Positions 38,601 through 47,340 of a DNA stretch of 64,000 nucleotides are shown piece after piece. The notes below the pieces were generated by a model. That model had not been told where the DNA came from and did not search any database. It was given only the letters and a program-made list of their open reading frames with translations. How positions within the stretch are numbered: position 1 is the stretch's first letter; each line of letters starts with the position of its first letter. The translations under genes and the position numbers were made by a program. Source of the DNA: an uncultured Gammaproteobacteria bacterium (lineage in GTDB: Bacteria; Patescibacteriota; Microgenomatia; CAYQLK01); NCBI GenBank assembly GCA_964404855.1, contig CAYOLO010000001.1:595396-659395 (forward strand). The letters are read 5' to 3'.

Positions 38601-39769
38601 ATAGTTGATGGATTAATATCTGCAATCGGAGATCTGTTACCGCCTGATGGTGCAATAACTGAAAGTGTACCTGGGTAAAATGTCAGTTTGTAGATATTGC
38701 CATCAGGACCTTGTGAAAGCTGAACCGTCGTGCCTGCTTCTGTGTCAAAAGAATTATCTGAAATAACTGACTCAAAATTTGAATCAAATTTTAGATATCT
38801 AATAAAACCCAAAGTATAGTCGGCGTAAAAAAAGGCATTTTGGTATTCACTTGGAAAAGTTGACCCTCCATAAACTAAAGTGGATGTAATCGATCCCGCC
38901 TTGGCTGGGGGATCGGTGTGAGGATAAACAAAAACAGGATTAACATATGGACAACTAGAACAAATTCCTTCAACATTCGGCCAACCATAGTTGCCCCCTT
39001 TGTTAATAATATTAAGCTCTTCCCAAGCGTCACCACCCACATCTCCAACAACGGCCCTACCGTCTGGAAGGAAAGTAAACCTAAAAGGATTCCTTAACCC
39101 GTAAGCCCAAATGGATTTAAGAGCATTTGGTGTTGAATAAAATGGATTATCGGTAGGGATTGTGCCGTCTTTGTTAATTCGGTGTATTTTGCCGTGCACG
39201 TTACTTAGGTTTTGTGAATTAAGATTGTGGGTATTCATACCCATAGCCCAATAAAGCTTGCCGTCGGGACCAAACCTAATTTCCCCTCCATGATGATAGA
39301 TATCACCTTGTTGGTTTGACTCGAGAAGAATTAGTTCAGAATCGGCACTAGCAGTGTCGCCTATTACGGTTATGCGAGAAAGTCTGTCAAAATTCTGTGC
39401 GGTGGTATATGCAACATATAAATATCCATTATTTGCAAAATCAGGATCTGGTTCAATTCCTAGCAATCCCCTTTCGTCAGCGTTGTCTGTTTGCAGAGTA
39501 ACGATTGTAATTACTGGTTCTGTCTGAATTTGGCCATTTGCAAAAATTTTAATTGCTCCGGTTTTTTCGGAAATAAAAATTCTTCCATCTGGCATAAATC
39601 GAAATGCAGTTGGTTCATTAAGATTAGAAACAAGCTCAGTAATATCGAACTCAGTTGGTGGCGCGGCATTAATTTGACCTGGAGTAATGATTAACGCCAC
39701 TAAAAAAACAACAACCGAGATTGTTGTAAAAGCAAAAAGATTTCTAAGTAAATTTTTCAGATATTTCAA
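35636..39769 (-). CDS. giant secreted multidomain protein: PQQ-dependent sugar dehydrogenase-like beta-propeller + PKD domain + 4 tandem ~184-aa jelly-roll-like repeats
   Basis: Signal peptide. GLLGIEPDPDFANNGYLYVAYT (soluble quinoprotein glucose/sorbosone dehydrogenase-like). PKD motif in ...LSYLWDFGDGNSS.... Four repeats carry GAGDDIWG...DQFQYVYQ...WAKAG(V/I)(M/I)IK...FVTSHNGS. Confidence 0.75.
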   Translation of the reverse strand: MKYLKNLLRNLFAFTTISVVVFLVALIITPGQINAAPPTEFDITELVSNLNEPTAFRFMPDGRIFISEKTGAIKIFANGQIQTEPVITIVTLQTDNADERGLLGIEPDPDFANNGYLYVAYTTAQNFDRLSRITVIGDTASADSELILLESNQQGDIYHHGGEIRFGPDGKLYWAMGMNTHNLNSQNLSNVHGKIHRINKDGTIPTDNPFYSTPNALKSIWAYGLRNPFRFTFLPDGRAVVGDVGGDAWEELNIINKGGNYGWPNVEGICSSCPYVNPVFVYPHTDPPAKAGSITSTLVYGGSTFPSEYQNAFFYADYTLGFIRYLKFDSNFESVISDNSFDTEAGTTVQLSQGPDGNIYKLTFYPGTLSVIAPSGGNRSPIADINPSTIAGLGPLTVNFDSSESSDPDGDELSYLWDFGDGNSSTDSNPAHIFTVNGTHNVSLTISDGDKSDIETVIITVGNSLPQGTIIAPVTDSHYNAGDIISYSAAGSDPEDLELPDSAFSWNFVFHHGDHIHPFWHPVLGQRSGQFTIPKSADNLANTWYEIQLTTTDSQGLSTKTSTHIYPNLVTLTFNANFPNVSYTIDGIPYFGVHTESAVVGVERVLSAPSPQYYLNYYYQFLNWSDGLTQSHTITTPSVNTSYVANFSEFQIPPAPWISIDIGTPLISGNASYTGGTFSINGAGGDIWGPTDEFQYVYQPLSGNGEIITRVTSQEYTDDWAKSGIMIKETATSGSKYALVAVTPANGVTFQHSFNTENGSTSYAFPNAWLKLVRFNNTFTSYTSVDGINWVMLGSTEIVMNENVTIGMFVTSHKYNELNTSVFDNVTVKQGLTGLWQNTDVGNPLTVGSSTFNQGTFTVSGAGDDIWGESDQFQYVYQNITGNGQITARITSQTINTNGWAKAGVMIKQNITPQSPYAIFAVTPQHGYTFQTNFNTGSEWGSFNSPNAWVRLVREGNIITSFLSSDGVNWASAGTTTINFSGPITVGMFVTSHNGSQISTATFDNVSLVSTGLPSGVPAPFTGTDIGNPKLLGSATYSNGTYTVKGAGDDIWGSADQMYFVSQDLSGNGEIITRVTTQTNTNDWAKAGIIIKDSTQSLSGYALLAVTPAHGIVMQYGFNSEVAGPSYIFPNAWLKLKRDGNNIASYSSIDGVSWILIGTRTVTLNQDVKIGLFVTSHNGSNISTVTFDNVSVSTTPIASLPSPWLNTDIGNPTLGGSAGFDSSIFTLNGAGNDIWADADQFQFVYQPLIGDGEISTRITSQTNTNDWAKAGVIIKNSLTSGSDYALLSVTPNNGVSFQNSFNSNTNGLSYNFPDTYLKLVRIGNTISAYTSSTGIDWVLYDAKTVSLDENIYIGLFVTSHNGSQISTATFDSVSVLN

Positions 39770-39884
39770 AGGAATTAAATGTCAATAGTTGTAGAACTAT
39801 ATACTTATATAATTTTAAAATCAAGTCTATTTTTATTGCTATAAGATAATATTTTGTTTTTATTTAATCAAAAATCAATTTTAT

Positions 39885-39929
39885 ATGAAAAAGGGACGGA
39901 GGCTTGCTATATTAGCAAACTTCCGTCCC
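39885..39929 (-). terminator. rho-independent terminator for the gene at 39967..41148
   Basis: GGGACGGA...TTCCGTCCC long hairpin with an inner TTGCTA/TAGCAA stem, followed on the minus strand by TTTTTC. Confidence 0.75.
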
Positions 39930-39966
39930 ATGAATGTGGTCGAATGAACGACTCGAGAATTGGGAA

Positions 39967-41148
39967 TCACCGGTGACACTGCGCGAGTGCAGCCTCAGCT
40001 GGTTTACCCATTGGACTAAACCCCAAATCAGGCTTGTTTGGGTCCGGCAGAGTGAGATCCACTTGCCACCAATACAAACCATTGATAAGGGGAACGAAGA
40101 CTTGGCAGGTCGCTTGATAATAACGAAGCTGGGCTTCGTAATCAGCCGGCGACTCAGATAGGTAGTTCCACGGCTTTTGGTACGCTCCCTGTCTGGGGAG
40201 AATTCCTATTTCCGTAAAAACTACAGTCTTGGGGTCATACCCCTTACTGGTAATGTCGGCTATCCAACGCTGCCAGCCAGCAACAAGCGAATCAACGCTT
40301 GCACCAGTTGGTACATCGAGCGGATAGTAGGCATCGATTGAAGGAAAGTTCAGATCGCTGGCAAAGCCGGGGGCTTTGACGTCCCAGTTAGCCGAATATG
40401 TGATTTGGCCATCGTACTGGGTACGAACTACAGCGATTAGCGCTTTCCAAAGAGCGACCTCTGGCTCAAGCGAGACAAACTCGGTGCCGACATTGAGAAC
40501 GGCAACTTTTTCTTCTTGAGCAAGTTTGGCGTAGCCAACCAGAAGTGAGGAGTAGCTGTTAAACCACTGTCCTTTATCTGTTGGACTGAGCTGGCCTCGC
40601 CATTTTCCGTCGGCAACCAAAGAGGACTCATCCAGAATCGGCCTAAGCATAACAGTGAAGTTACGCTTGTGTGCCTCTCGGATAAATATCCTGATGTTGT
40701 CGTCGGTCGGAGTCTTTTTGGGGTCCTTGTAAACCTCCACTGATTGCCAGTTCGACTGGAAAACAGGAAAGACTAGGCTGACAGAATTGATGTTCAGCTC
40801 TGCCAGCCTATTGAGAAGTTTGGGTGCCTTTTCAGCAAAATCTCCTCCGTCGCTGTACACCAAAACCGAAACGCCTGCATGATATGCCAGCGAATCAGTT
40901 CGAGGACTTACCACTCGGTTGATTTTGGGAGTTGGTGTAGCGGTCGGAGTCGATTCTTGAGTTGGCGCGACTGTCTCACTTTCGGAAATTGGAGTTCCGA
41001 TTGTGGTAGTAGCATCTGCAACTTGAGTGCTATCAGATTGCTCCTTAGCACCAGTTTGCCCACAAGACACGACACAGAAAACTGCTACAGCCAGGCTAAC
41101 GAATAGTCCCGCCGACAGCAGAAGGTCGTTTTGGCGCTTCGTGATCAA
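39967..41148 (-). CDS. lipoprotein, glycoside hydrolase-like TIM barrel (GH-A clan-like)
   Basis: Lipobox VVSCGQ. NVGTEF and VVFTEIGI candidate catalytic glutamates. GC-rich. Confidence 0.45.
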   Translation of the reverse strand: MITKRQNDLLLSAGLFVSLAVAVFCVVSCGQTGAKEQSDSTQVADATTTIGTPISESETVAPTQESTPTATPTPKINRVVSPRTDSLAYHAGVSVLVYSDGGDFAEKAPKLLNRLAELNINSVSLVFPVFQSNWQSVEVYKDPKKTPTDDNIRIFIREAHKRNFTVMLRPILDESSLVADGKWRGQLSPTDKGQWFNSYSSLLVGYAKLAQEEKVAVLNVGTEFVSLEPEVALWKALIAVVRTQYDGQITYSANWDVKAPGFASDLNFPSIDAYYPLDVPTGASVDSLVAGWQRWIADITSKGYDPKTVVFTEIGILPRQGAYQKPWNYLSESPADYEAQLRYYQATCQVFVPLINGLYWWQVDLTLPDPNKPDLGFSPMGKPAEAALAQCHR

Positions 41149-42613
41149 GATAGTCCTTCTCCGTAACCAACCCGTGGTTGGTCTTCTCCCAGAAGTGCGG
41201 ACGGGTAGCCAGCTGGTATAGGGCTTTCCAAGTCGCGAAACTTAGTATTGCCCAGTACAGCGGAGCAAGAACCATCCACTTGATGTTGCCATGCAATCCT
41301 CTGACCTTGCAGCCCATCATCACGTAAAGGACGAACAAAACGTTGCCCAACGCGATAGAAAAGATGCCGAGATAGAAGATCGGAAGCGGATACAACTCTT
41401 GGATGAAGGTTGCATTCGTCGCCTGATAGGCAAGCGTCATGAACCAGAAGATCGGATTGACCAGCAGTGTAAGAGGCGTGGTCATTACGATCACCATGAA
41501 GGAGACGAAGTTGACGAAACCCAGATCCCTGTAGAGGCTGACTGGGTTGCGTGAGTGGACGAGGAAAGTAATCATCCCACCCTTCTTCCAGCGCGAACGC
41601 TGGCGAACCAGGTTGCCGAGATGACTGTTGGCTTCTTCCCATGTCACACTGTCCATCAACTTGACCTGAAGACGGCGACGGGCGATACGAATGCCCATAT
41701 CAATATCTTCGGTCACGTTGTACATGTCCCAGCCTCCCAACCCAAGTAGGGTTTGGGTACGGAAGTGATTGGATGTGCCTCCCAAAGGGACAGGCATTCC
41801 TAATCGTCCGAGCCCTGGAAGGATCAGATTGAAGTAGGTCGCATACTCAGCGCTGAAGAACTTCGTAATCCAGTTGGTCTGGGGGTTGAAGTACTCCAGT
41901 TTGGCTTGAATACACGCTACTCGCCTACTGACTTTGCGGAAACAGACGACAGCTTTTTTGAGCTGATCTGGTTCTGGTCGGTCTTCGGCGTCGTAGATAA
42001 CGACAAATTCTCCTGTTGCCCTTTTCAGACCCTCATTACAAGCCTTGGGCTTGGTTTTGAGGTTAGAGTCAGGCATGATCAACACCTCAAAATGAGGCGG
42101 AAGCGCTTGCGAGTTAATCTCGCCAAGAGTCTGGGAGTCCTTTTCTTCCAGAAGCAGAATAATCTGCAGTCGGTTGGTAGGATAATCCAGATTGGTGAGA
42201 TTCACGATTAGCTTGGAAGCTATTTCGTGCTCGTCAAAGAGTGGAACGAGGATTGTGTACCTCGGCAACTCAGGTCCATTAGCAAGAGCATCTAGCTCTG
42301 CCATCGAAACCTTGATGAGTGCCGATTCCAGTGACTTGACTGTCAGCAGGCTCTTGAAGATGATGACGGTGACATAGATCAGAGTGATCGTCCCCGCGAA
42401 CCCCAAAAGAACCGGCATATAGCCAAACATGATGATGCTAGCAACCACACAAGCAACAATTGCGAGTGCGGTAATGCTTTGCGGTATGGTCAGAATAACC
42501 TCAGCGGTCTCTGACTTGGTGCGCGGAGCGAATTTATTTACTACCCCGCGTCCATTTTTGACATGTTCTGGTCCGATCAAAGCTTCCTCCTGTGGGAAGA
42601 AAGAACTGACCAA
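41096..42613 (-). CDS. membrane glycosyltransferase family 2, processive type (QxxRW)
   Basis: IYDAEDRPEPDQL, VRQRSRWKKG and multiple TM segments. GC-rich homolog of the GT2 at 1552..2799. Confidence 0.8.
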   Translation of the reverse strand: MVSSFFPQEEALIGPEHVKNGRGVVNKFAPRTKSETAEVILTIPQSITALAIVACVVASIIMFGYMPVLLGFAGTITLIYVTVIIFKSLLTVKSLESALIKVSMAELDALANGPELPRYTILVPLFDEHEIASKLIVNLTNLDYPTNRLQIILLLEEKDSQTLGEINSQALPPHFEVLIMPDSNLKTKPKACNEGLKRATGEFVVIYDAEDRPEPDQLKKAVVCFRKVSRRVACIQAKLEYFNPQTNWITKFFSAEYATYFNLILPGLGRLGMPVPLGGTSNHFRTQTLLGLGGWDMYNVTEDIDMGIRIARRRLQVKLMDSVTWEEANSHLGNLVRQRSRWKKGGMITFLVHSRNPVSLYRDLGFVNFVSFMVIVMTTPLTLLVNPIFWFMTLAYQATNATFIQELYPLPIFYLGIFSIALGNVLFVLYVMMGCKVRGLHGNIKWMVLAPLYWAILSFATWKALYQLATRPHFWEKTNHGLVTEKDYLDHEAPKRPSAVGGTIR

Positions 42614-42647
42614 GGGTGGAGGCGAAGATGTGACTCCTCACTCCCAC

Positions 42648-44348
42648 TCACTCGATCAATTCCTTACGCTGGTAAATCTGAATCTGCTCATTTTCGAATA
42701 CGAGCAGATAGTGTTGATCCAAAGCTTCAGTGTTATTGAGGCTCCTGTAAACCTTGTCCTGATTGGCTTGCGAGTTGCGCATCACAACCCAGTCGACGAA
42801 TTCGGCCGGGCTATTTAGCGCCGGCTCCCACATTCGGTAGCTTCCCTCATAGAGAATCTCACGAATAGGAAGTTTTGAGCTGACTTGCAAGTCTTCGTTG
42901 CCGTAACTTTCCATCAAGACAAGTCCTGATGTGTAGTTTTGGCTTAGCCAGTAGGCTGCATCACGCTGGGTAACTGAAAGTGGTTTTTCCATGTCCGCCT
43001 TGGGCTCGTTTAGGGTGATAATCTCACCCTGATAAGCCACAAATGCGGAAAAAGCACAAACACCACCTACAATTACCGCACGACTGATGACGAAGTTCTT
43101 GGTCAGGTAGCCTGCAAAGATCGCCAAAGGCAAAATCATAGGCAGAGAAAACCTGACGTTGTACAGATCCCCCGTAACCTGTTCAACATAAAGCGGCCTT
43201 TGACCGAAGTAAAGGGCCGCGACGAAGAACGGGAAAGGAAACAGCAGAGCGTAAACGGGAGCTTTGCGGATATTTTTAGAGTCGCTGACAATGAAGTAAG
43301 CGAGACCGATTAGTCCGAAAAACAGCGTAACGGCGCCTGCAGTTTCGTAGGTTGCGATTGAGTAGGTCTTGAGCGCGATCCAGAAGTTTCCAACGGCTTT
43401 TTCAGACTCTCCAACCCAAAGGGAAGGTTTGGCATACTCACCGTACTGGAAATACAAGGGGTTGCCAAAGATTTGATAGTTCCAGATCAGCCATCCGACA
43501 ATGCCGAGGCTGGCTAGAAATGTCAAAAAGAAGACTTCTCCCTCAACACGCTCTTTCGGCATTTTTTTGTTGATGCAGACTACGCCCCAAAGCGGAACGA
43601 AAAGGGCCAGAAGAATCCAGCCTTCGTACCGCGTCATGGTTGCGCAGATTAGCATCAGCGCGGTCGCCAACCCATAAACGATGTTGGAAACAGGCTCGTC
43701 GATTTTTTGCGTCCACCTTATGAAAAAGTAGACACTGCCCGACAAGAACATACACAAAGGCAGTTCTGTCATAGCTGTCGACTGCATATAACCAACGTTG
43801 GGGTTGGCCACGAAAACCAGACTAGCTACGACACCAGCCCAGCGTGAACCGGAGATTGTTTCGGTTATCTTGTACAGAAAAACGGAAGTCCCCACAAAAC
43901 AGAGCATCGAAGGAATACTTCCTGCAATACCTGTCTTGTAGAGATAATCATTCCAGATCAGTGGCTGCATGAGCAGATGCGGTAGCGGTGGCCAAACTCC
44001 GCCGAGCTGAGCCAATCCCGGTGTGGGGCTGTCAACAACTCTTTTGGCGATGAGTAGATGCGATTGTGCGTCTTTGTAGACCAGAACTAGGTCGTTGGTG
44101 TAGTAGTAGACGAAGTTGACTACAGACACCAGAAGTGTGATGGTGATGATGACCAAAAGCAGGTTGTCCCGCTTGTGGCTATCTTCGCTAGTAACGACTG
44201 CCGGACGCCTTACGGCTACGGTCTGGCGAACGTTCGTTTTGGTTGCAACTTGCTTGGTTGCGACTGACTGAGACCGAACTTCGGACGTAACCAGTTTGTA
44301 ACCGGTTCGCCCGCAGTAATAAGCCACAGCAAAAATTGAGCGCAGCAT
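42648..44348 (-). CDS. GT-C superfamily polytopic membrane glycosyltransferase (ArnT/PMT-like)
   Basis: 566 aa with more than 10 TM segments. Conserved acidic motif in the first periplasmic loop (YKDAQSHLLIAKR). GC-rich. Confidence 0.55.
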   Translation of the reverse strand: MLRSIFAVAYYCGRTGYKLVTSEVRSQSVATKQVATKTNVRQTVAVRRPAVVTSEDSHKRDNLLLVIITITLLVSVVNFVYYYTNDLVLVYKDAQSHLLIAKRVVDSPTPGLAQLGGVWPPLPHLLMQPLIWNDYLYKTGIAGSIPSMLCFVGTSVFLYKITETISGSRWAGVVASLVFVANPNVGYMQSTAMTELPLCMFLSGSVYFFIRWTQKIDEPVSNIVYGLATALMLICATMTRYEGWILLALFVPLWGVVCINKKMPKERVEGEVFFLTFLASLGIVGWLIWNYQIFGNPLYFQYGEYAKPSLWVGESEKAVGNFWIALKTYSIATYETAGAVTLFFGLIGLAYFIVSDSKNIRKAPVYALLFPFPFFVAALYFGQRPLYVEQVTGDLYNVRFSLPMILPLAIFAGYLTKNFVISRAVIVGGVCAFSAFVAYQGEIITLNEPKADMEKPLSVTQRDAAYWLSQNYTSGLVLMESYGNEDLQVSSKLPIREILYEGSYRMWEPALNSPAEFVDWVVMRNSQANQDKVYRSLNNTEALDQHYLLVFENEQIQIYQRKELIE

Positions 44349-44861
44349 TTAGGCTTTACCCTCCGAAGAAGTCTTCTGATGGATGACGACAGGGACTTGG
44401 GGTTCGTGGTGCTTTATTGCGAACACGAACCTGTGACTGGCGATGTACGACAGCACAAGTCCAGCGACCGTGCCGAAAACAAGTGACGGGAGGTGGTTGA
44501 AAACCAGAATCGACAAACCAAACACAAAAGTGTTGGTAATCAAGCTGGTAAGAGCCATGATATTGAACTTCACGAGTGAAGCAATCCCACCTAGGAAACC
44601 ATGAGCTGGTTTCTTTCTGTCACTCCATGTGAAGTGAAAACTCAGGAGGTAGTTGGTTTGGGTTGAGACAATGAAGGCAAAGGCGTTAACCGCCGTTATC
44701 TGCCACCAAAGTTCAAACCAAGTGGTTGAGAGAATACCGAAGAAGAGCGCGTACTGGAGGCTCGTGCAAACGAGGCCGACAGTCAAAAACTTGATGACGC
44801 GCTGGAGGTTAATCCGCTCGCCAAAGGTCTGAAGGACAGGACCGGATACGATTGGAACCAC
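44349..44861 (-). CDS. GtrA-family polysaccharide synthesis membrane protein
   Basis: 4 TM segments; KFLTVGLVCTSLQYALFFGIL is typical of GtrA. Start codon uncertain. Confidence 0.6.
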   Translation of the reverse strand: MVPIVSGPVLQTFGERINLQRVIKFLTVGLVCTSLQYALFFGILSTTWFELWWQITAVNAFAFIVSTQTNYLLSFHFTWSDRKKPAHGFLGGIASLVKFNIMALTSLITNTFVFGLSILVFNHLPSLVFGTVAGLVLSYIASHRFVFAIKHHEPQVPVVIHQKTSSEGKA

Positions 44862-45109
44862 GGAAGAAACTCTCCATTTCTCGAATACGTTTTTAAGGTA
44901 CTCCGCTCTGGTGTTGCGACGCCCTATAGTTCTGTCGTCAAGATGACGGAAAAACTTTTGGGATTACGCAATTAATGTTTTCATAAGCTCGATTATTTAG
45001 TCCGATAACACTGATGTGTTTTACGGTCTATTTCGACCTATAGTTGCGGAGCTTGGATTATAGGTAAAAACTATCAATAGGTCAAGCGCGAAGTTTATAA
45101 ATGAAGAGA

Positions 45110-45760
45110 TTAATTATTAGCAAAAACGAAGGCGGCGTAGAATCCGGCAATTCCTCCGCAGCCGATTTGCCAGCTCGGGTTCTGTAAAGCTTCCCTATGT
45201 CCTGTTAGTGATCTATCCCAACCAAACTCAACGATATGTACTCCAGATAGAGCTTGACCGCCGTACAAAACTTCGCCGAGGTGGATGAATTCGTTCTGAC
45301 TTTCGCCGTATTTATTAAAACCTGCATGATTGTCTAATCCGCCATTGGCAACTTGTTCCTCTGCGCGTTTTTGAGCAATATCACAGATTGTGGAATTAGA
45401 AGTCAAAGTATTAAGCCCGTGGGCTTTGCGGTAGTCATTGACGGCTGCAAATAACTCATCGCGCGTGGACATATTTTCGGAAATTGGAACAGAAAATTCG
45501 GTTAGATGCTCATCGACTTTGCGAACTGACCAATCTGGAGTTGGAGTGGGAAGCTTTTTATTTTGAGTTTGAAGATTGTTTTTGATTGAGCCTGTTTCAA
45601 CAGCACTTGTTTCGATTTTGGCTTCAGATGTGGCAGTATTAGTCCTTAATAGACTACGGCCAATTTTTTCAATATTTGTAAGCTGAGAAGGCAGATTGAC
45701 AGCGTAGGTAAGAAAAACAATACCAACAAAAACAGTGATAATTACCAATATTTTGACCAT
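45110..45760 (-). CDS. CAP/SCP/PR-1-like domain protein with N-terminal signal anchor
   Basis: ORF trimmed to the MVKILVII start at 45760. C-terminal GHREALQNPSWQIGCG matches the CAP-domain GHYTQ...GC signature. Confidence 0.6.
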   Translation of the reverse strand: MVKILVIITVFVGIVFLTYAVNLPSQLTNIEKIGRSLLRTNTATSEAKIETSAVETGSIKNNLQTQNKKLPTPTPDWSVRKVDEHLTEFSVPISENMSTRDELFAAVNDYRKAHGLNTLTSNSTICDIAQKRAEEQVANGGLDNHAGFNKYGESQNEFIHLGEVLYGGQALSGVHIVEFGWDRSLTGHREALQNPSWQIGCGGIAGFYAAFVFANN

Positions 45761-45800
45761 TTGGCTAAATATCCTATCATAGGATAAGGATTTTTTAATT

Positions 45801-46835
45801 ATGAAGGTATTAATTACAGGTATTTCGGGGTTTCTGGGTATTAATTTAACGAGATATTTCTTATCTAAAAATGTTGAGGTTAGAGGTATTGACTTGGTTG
45901 ATTTTGAGTATCCAGAAAAAAATAAGATTGAAATGATTGTGGGCGATATTCGCAATAAGTCTAATGTCAAAAAAGCTATTTTAGATGTGGATTATGTGGT
46001 CCATTGTGCCGCAGCACTACCTTTGTACCCTGATGATGATATTTTTTCGACCGATATATTAGGTACAAAAATACTACTTGAAGAGTCGTGGAAACAAAAT
46101 GTGAAAAGATTTGTTTATATTTCATCGACTGCTGTTTACGGGATTCCTGACCATCACCCAATCTCAGAATCTGACAAATTAATCGGAGTTGGTGCGTATG
46201 GAGTTAGTAAAGTAAAGGCGGAAAAAATTTGTGAAAACTATCGTGAAAAAGGAATGATATTACCAATACTTAGACCAAAGAGTTTTGTCGGCCCTGAACG
46301 TTTAGGAGTGTTTGCCCTTTTTTATGACTGGGCAAAATCTGGCAAAAATTTCCCGATGATTGGCAGTGGTAAAAACAAGTATCAGTTGCTTGATGTTGAA
46401 GATTTGTGTCAAGCAATTTGGCTTAGTTTGACTAAGCCAAAAGCAGTGGTTAATGACACATTTAACATTGGTGCTAAAGAATTTTTGAGTATGCAAGAAG
46501 ATTATCAGGCGGTATTAACTGAAGCTGGATTTGGTAAAAAAATCATTCCACTGCCTGCAAAACCGACCATATTGGCGCTGATTCTTTTAGAAAAACTAAA
46601 ACTATCCCCTCTTTATAGGTGGGTCTATGAAACAGCTGGCAAAGATAGTTTTGTCTCAATCGAAAAAGCGGAGAAAAAGCTGGGATTTAAACCAAAATTT
46701 AGTAACAGTGAGGCACTAGTTAGAAATTATAGGTGGTTTTTGAAAAACTATGACTATTTTAATGGCTTATCTGGTGTTACTCACCGAGTGCCATGGAAAC
46801 AGGGAGCTTTAAGTCTAGCGAAGATATTTTTCTGA
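45801..46835 (+). CDS. NAD-dependent epimerase/dehydratase (SDR family)
   Basis: ITGISGFLG Rossmann motif and YxxxK region; 344 aa. Confidence 0.85.
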   Translation: MKVLITGISGFLGINLTRYFLSKNVEVRGIDLVDFEYPEKNKIEMIVGDIRNKSNVKKAILDVDYVVHCAAALPLYPDDDIFSTDILGTKILLEESWKQNVKRFVYISSTAVYGIPDHHPISESDKLIGVGAYGVSKVKAEKICENYREKGMILPILRPKSFVGPERLGVFALFYDWAKSGKNFPMIGSGKNKYQLLDVEDLCQAIWLSLTKPKAVVNDTFNIGAKEFLSMQEDYQAVLTEAGFGKKIIPLPAKPTILALILLEKLKLSPLYRWVYETAGKDSFVSIEKAEKKLGFKPKFSNSEALVRNYRWFLKNYDYFNGLSGVTHRVPWKQGALSLAKIFF

Positions 46836-46842
46836 AGAAAAT

Positions 46843-46866
46843 GCCGCCCTTTTTACGGGGCGGCAA
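46843..46866 (-). terminator. GC-rich hairpin, likely terminator for the minus-strand small-gene pair (weak for the + strand)
   Basis: tgccgccc-loop-ggggcggca stem with a U-rich tract on the minus-strand side. Confidence 0.5.
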
Positions 46867-47116
46867 CTGATGAACTCATGCTTGTCAGGCTCATCCTTGC
46901 GGGACAAACTGAGGCGGCGCGAGCAGGTAGTTCGGCACATGGAGCGTGAAGGTTCTGGACGTCCAGACACACTTGTCGCCGTCGTGACCTTGAGAAAATG
47001 CGCTTCGGGCGATCCGAACCCGCTCCTCCGCAATCACCCGTCGATGAGTGTTGCCGTTGGGAACAGCACCACCAACTAAATCGACTTCGCCGCAGATGCA
47101 GGCGAAAGACGTAAAC

Positions 47117-47332
47117 TCAATGTCCACTTCTGATACTCCCTTCCGAAAGCAACCTGTCGTAAGCCTCCGTGACCATTTCGCGAGTGATGGCAGGGTTTTC
47201 GATGTAAGTGTTGCCAAAGACAAAACTTATCATCTGTGCCCTGCGGTCAGCGGGAGTCACTATGACTCCTCGAGTTTTGACCAAAAGATCGTCGAGGTCT
47301 GGTGTGTTGGAACGCTGTGATGTCATGCACAC
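47117..47332 (-). CDS. small hypothetical protein (GC-rich island)
   Basis: 71 aa, 8 bp downstream of the preceding ORF. An overlapping alternative-frame ORF at 46891..47223 suggests a possible frameshift or degeneration. Confidence 0.3.
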   Translation of the reverse strand: MCMTSQRSNTPDLDDLLVKTRGVIVTPADRRAQMISFVFGNTYIENPAITREMVTEAYDRLLSEGSIRSGH

Positions 47333-47340
47333 TTTACTTC

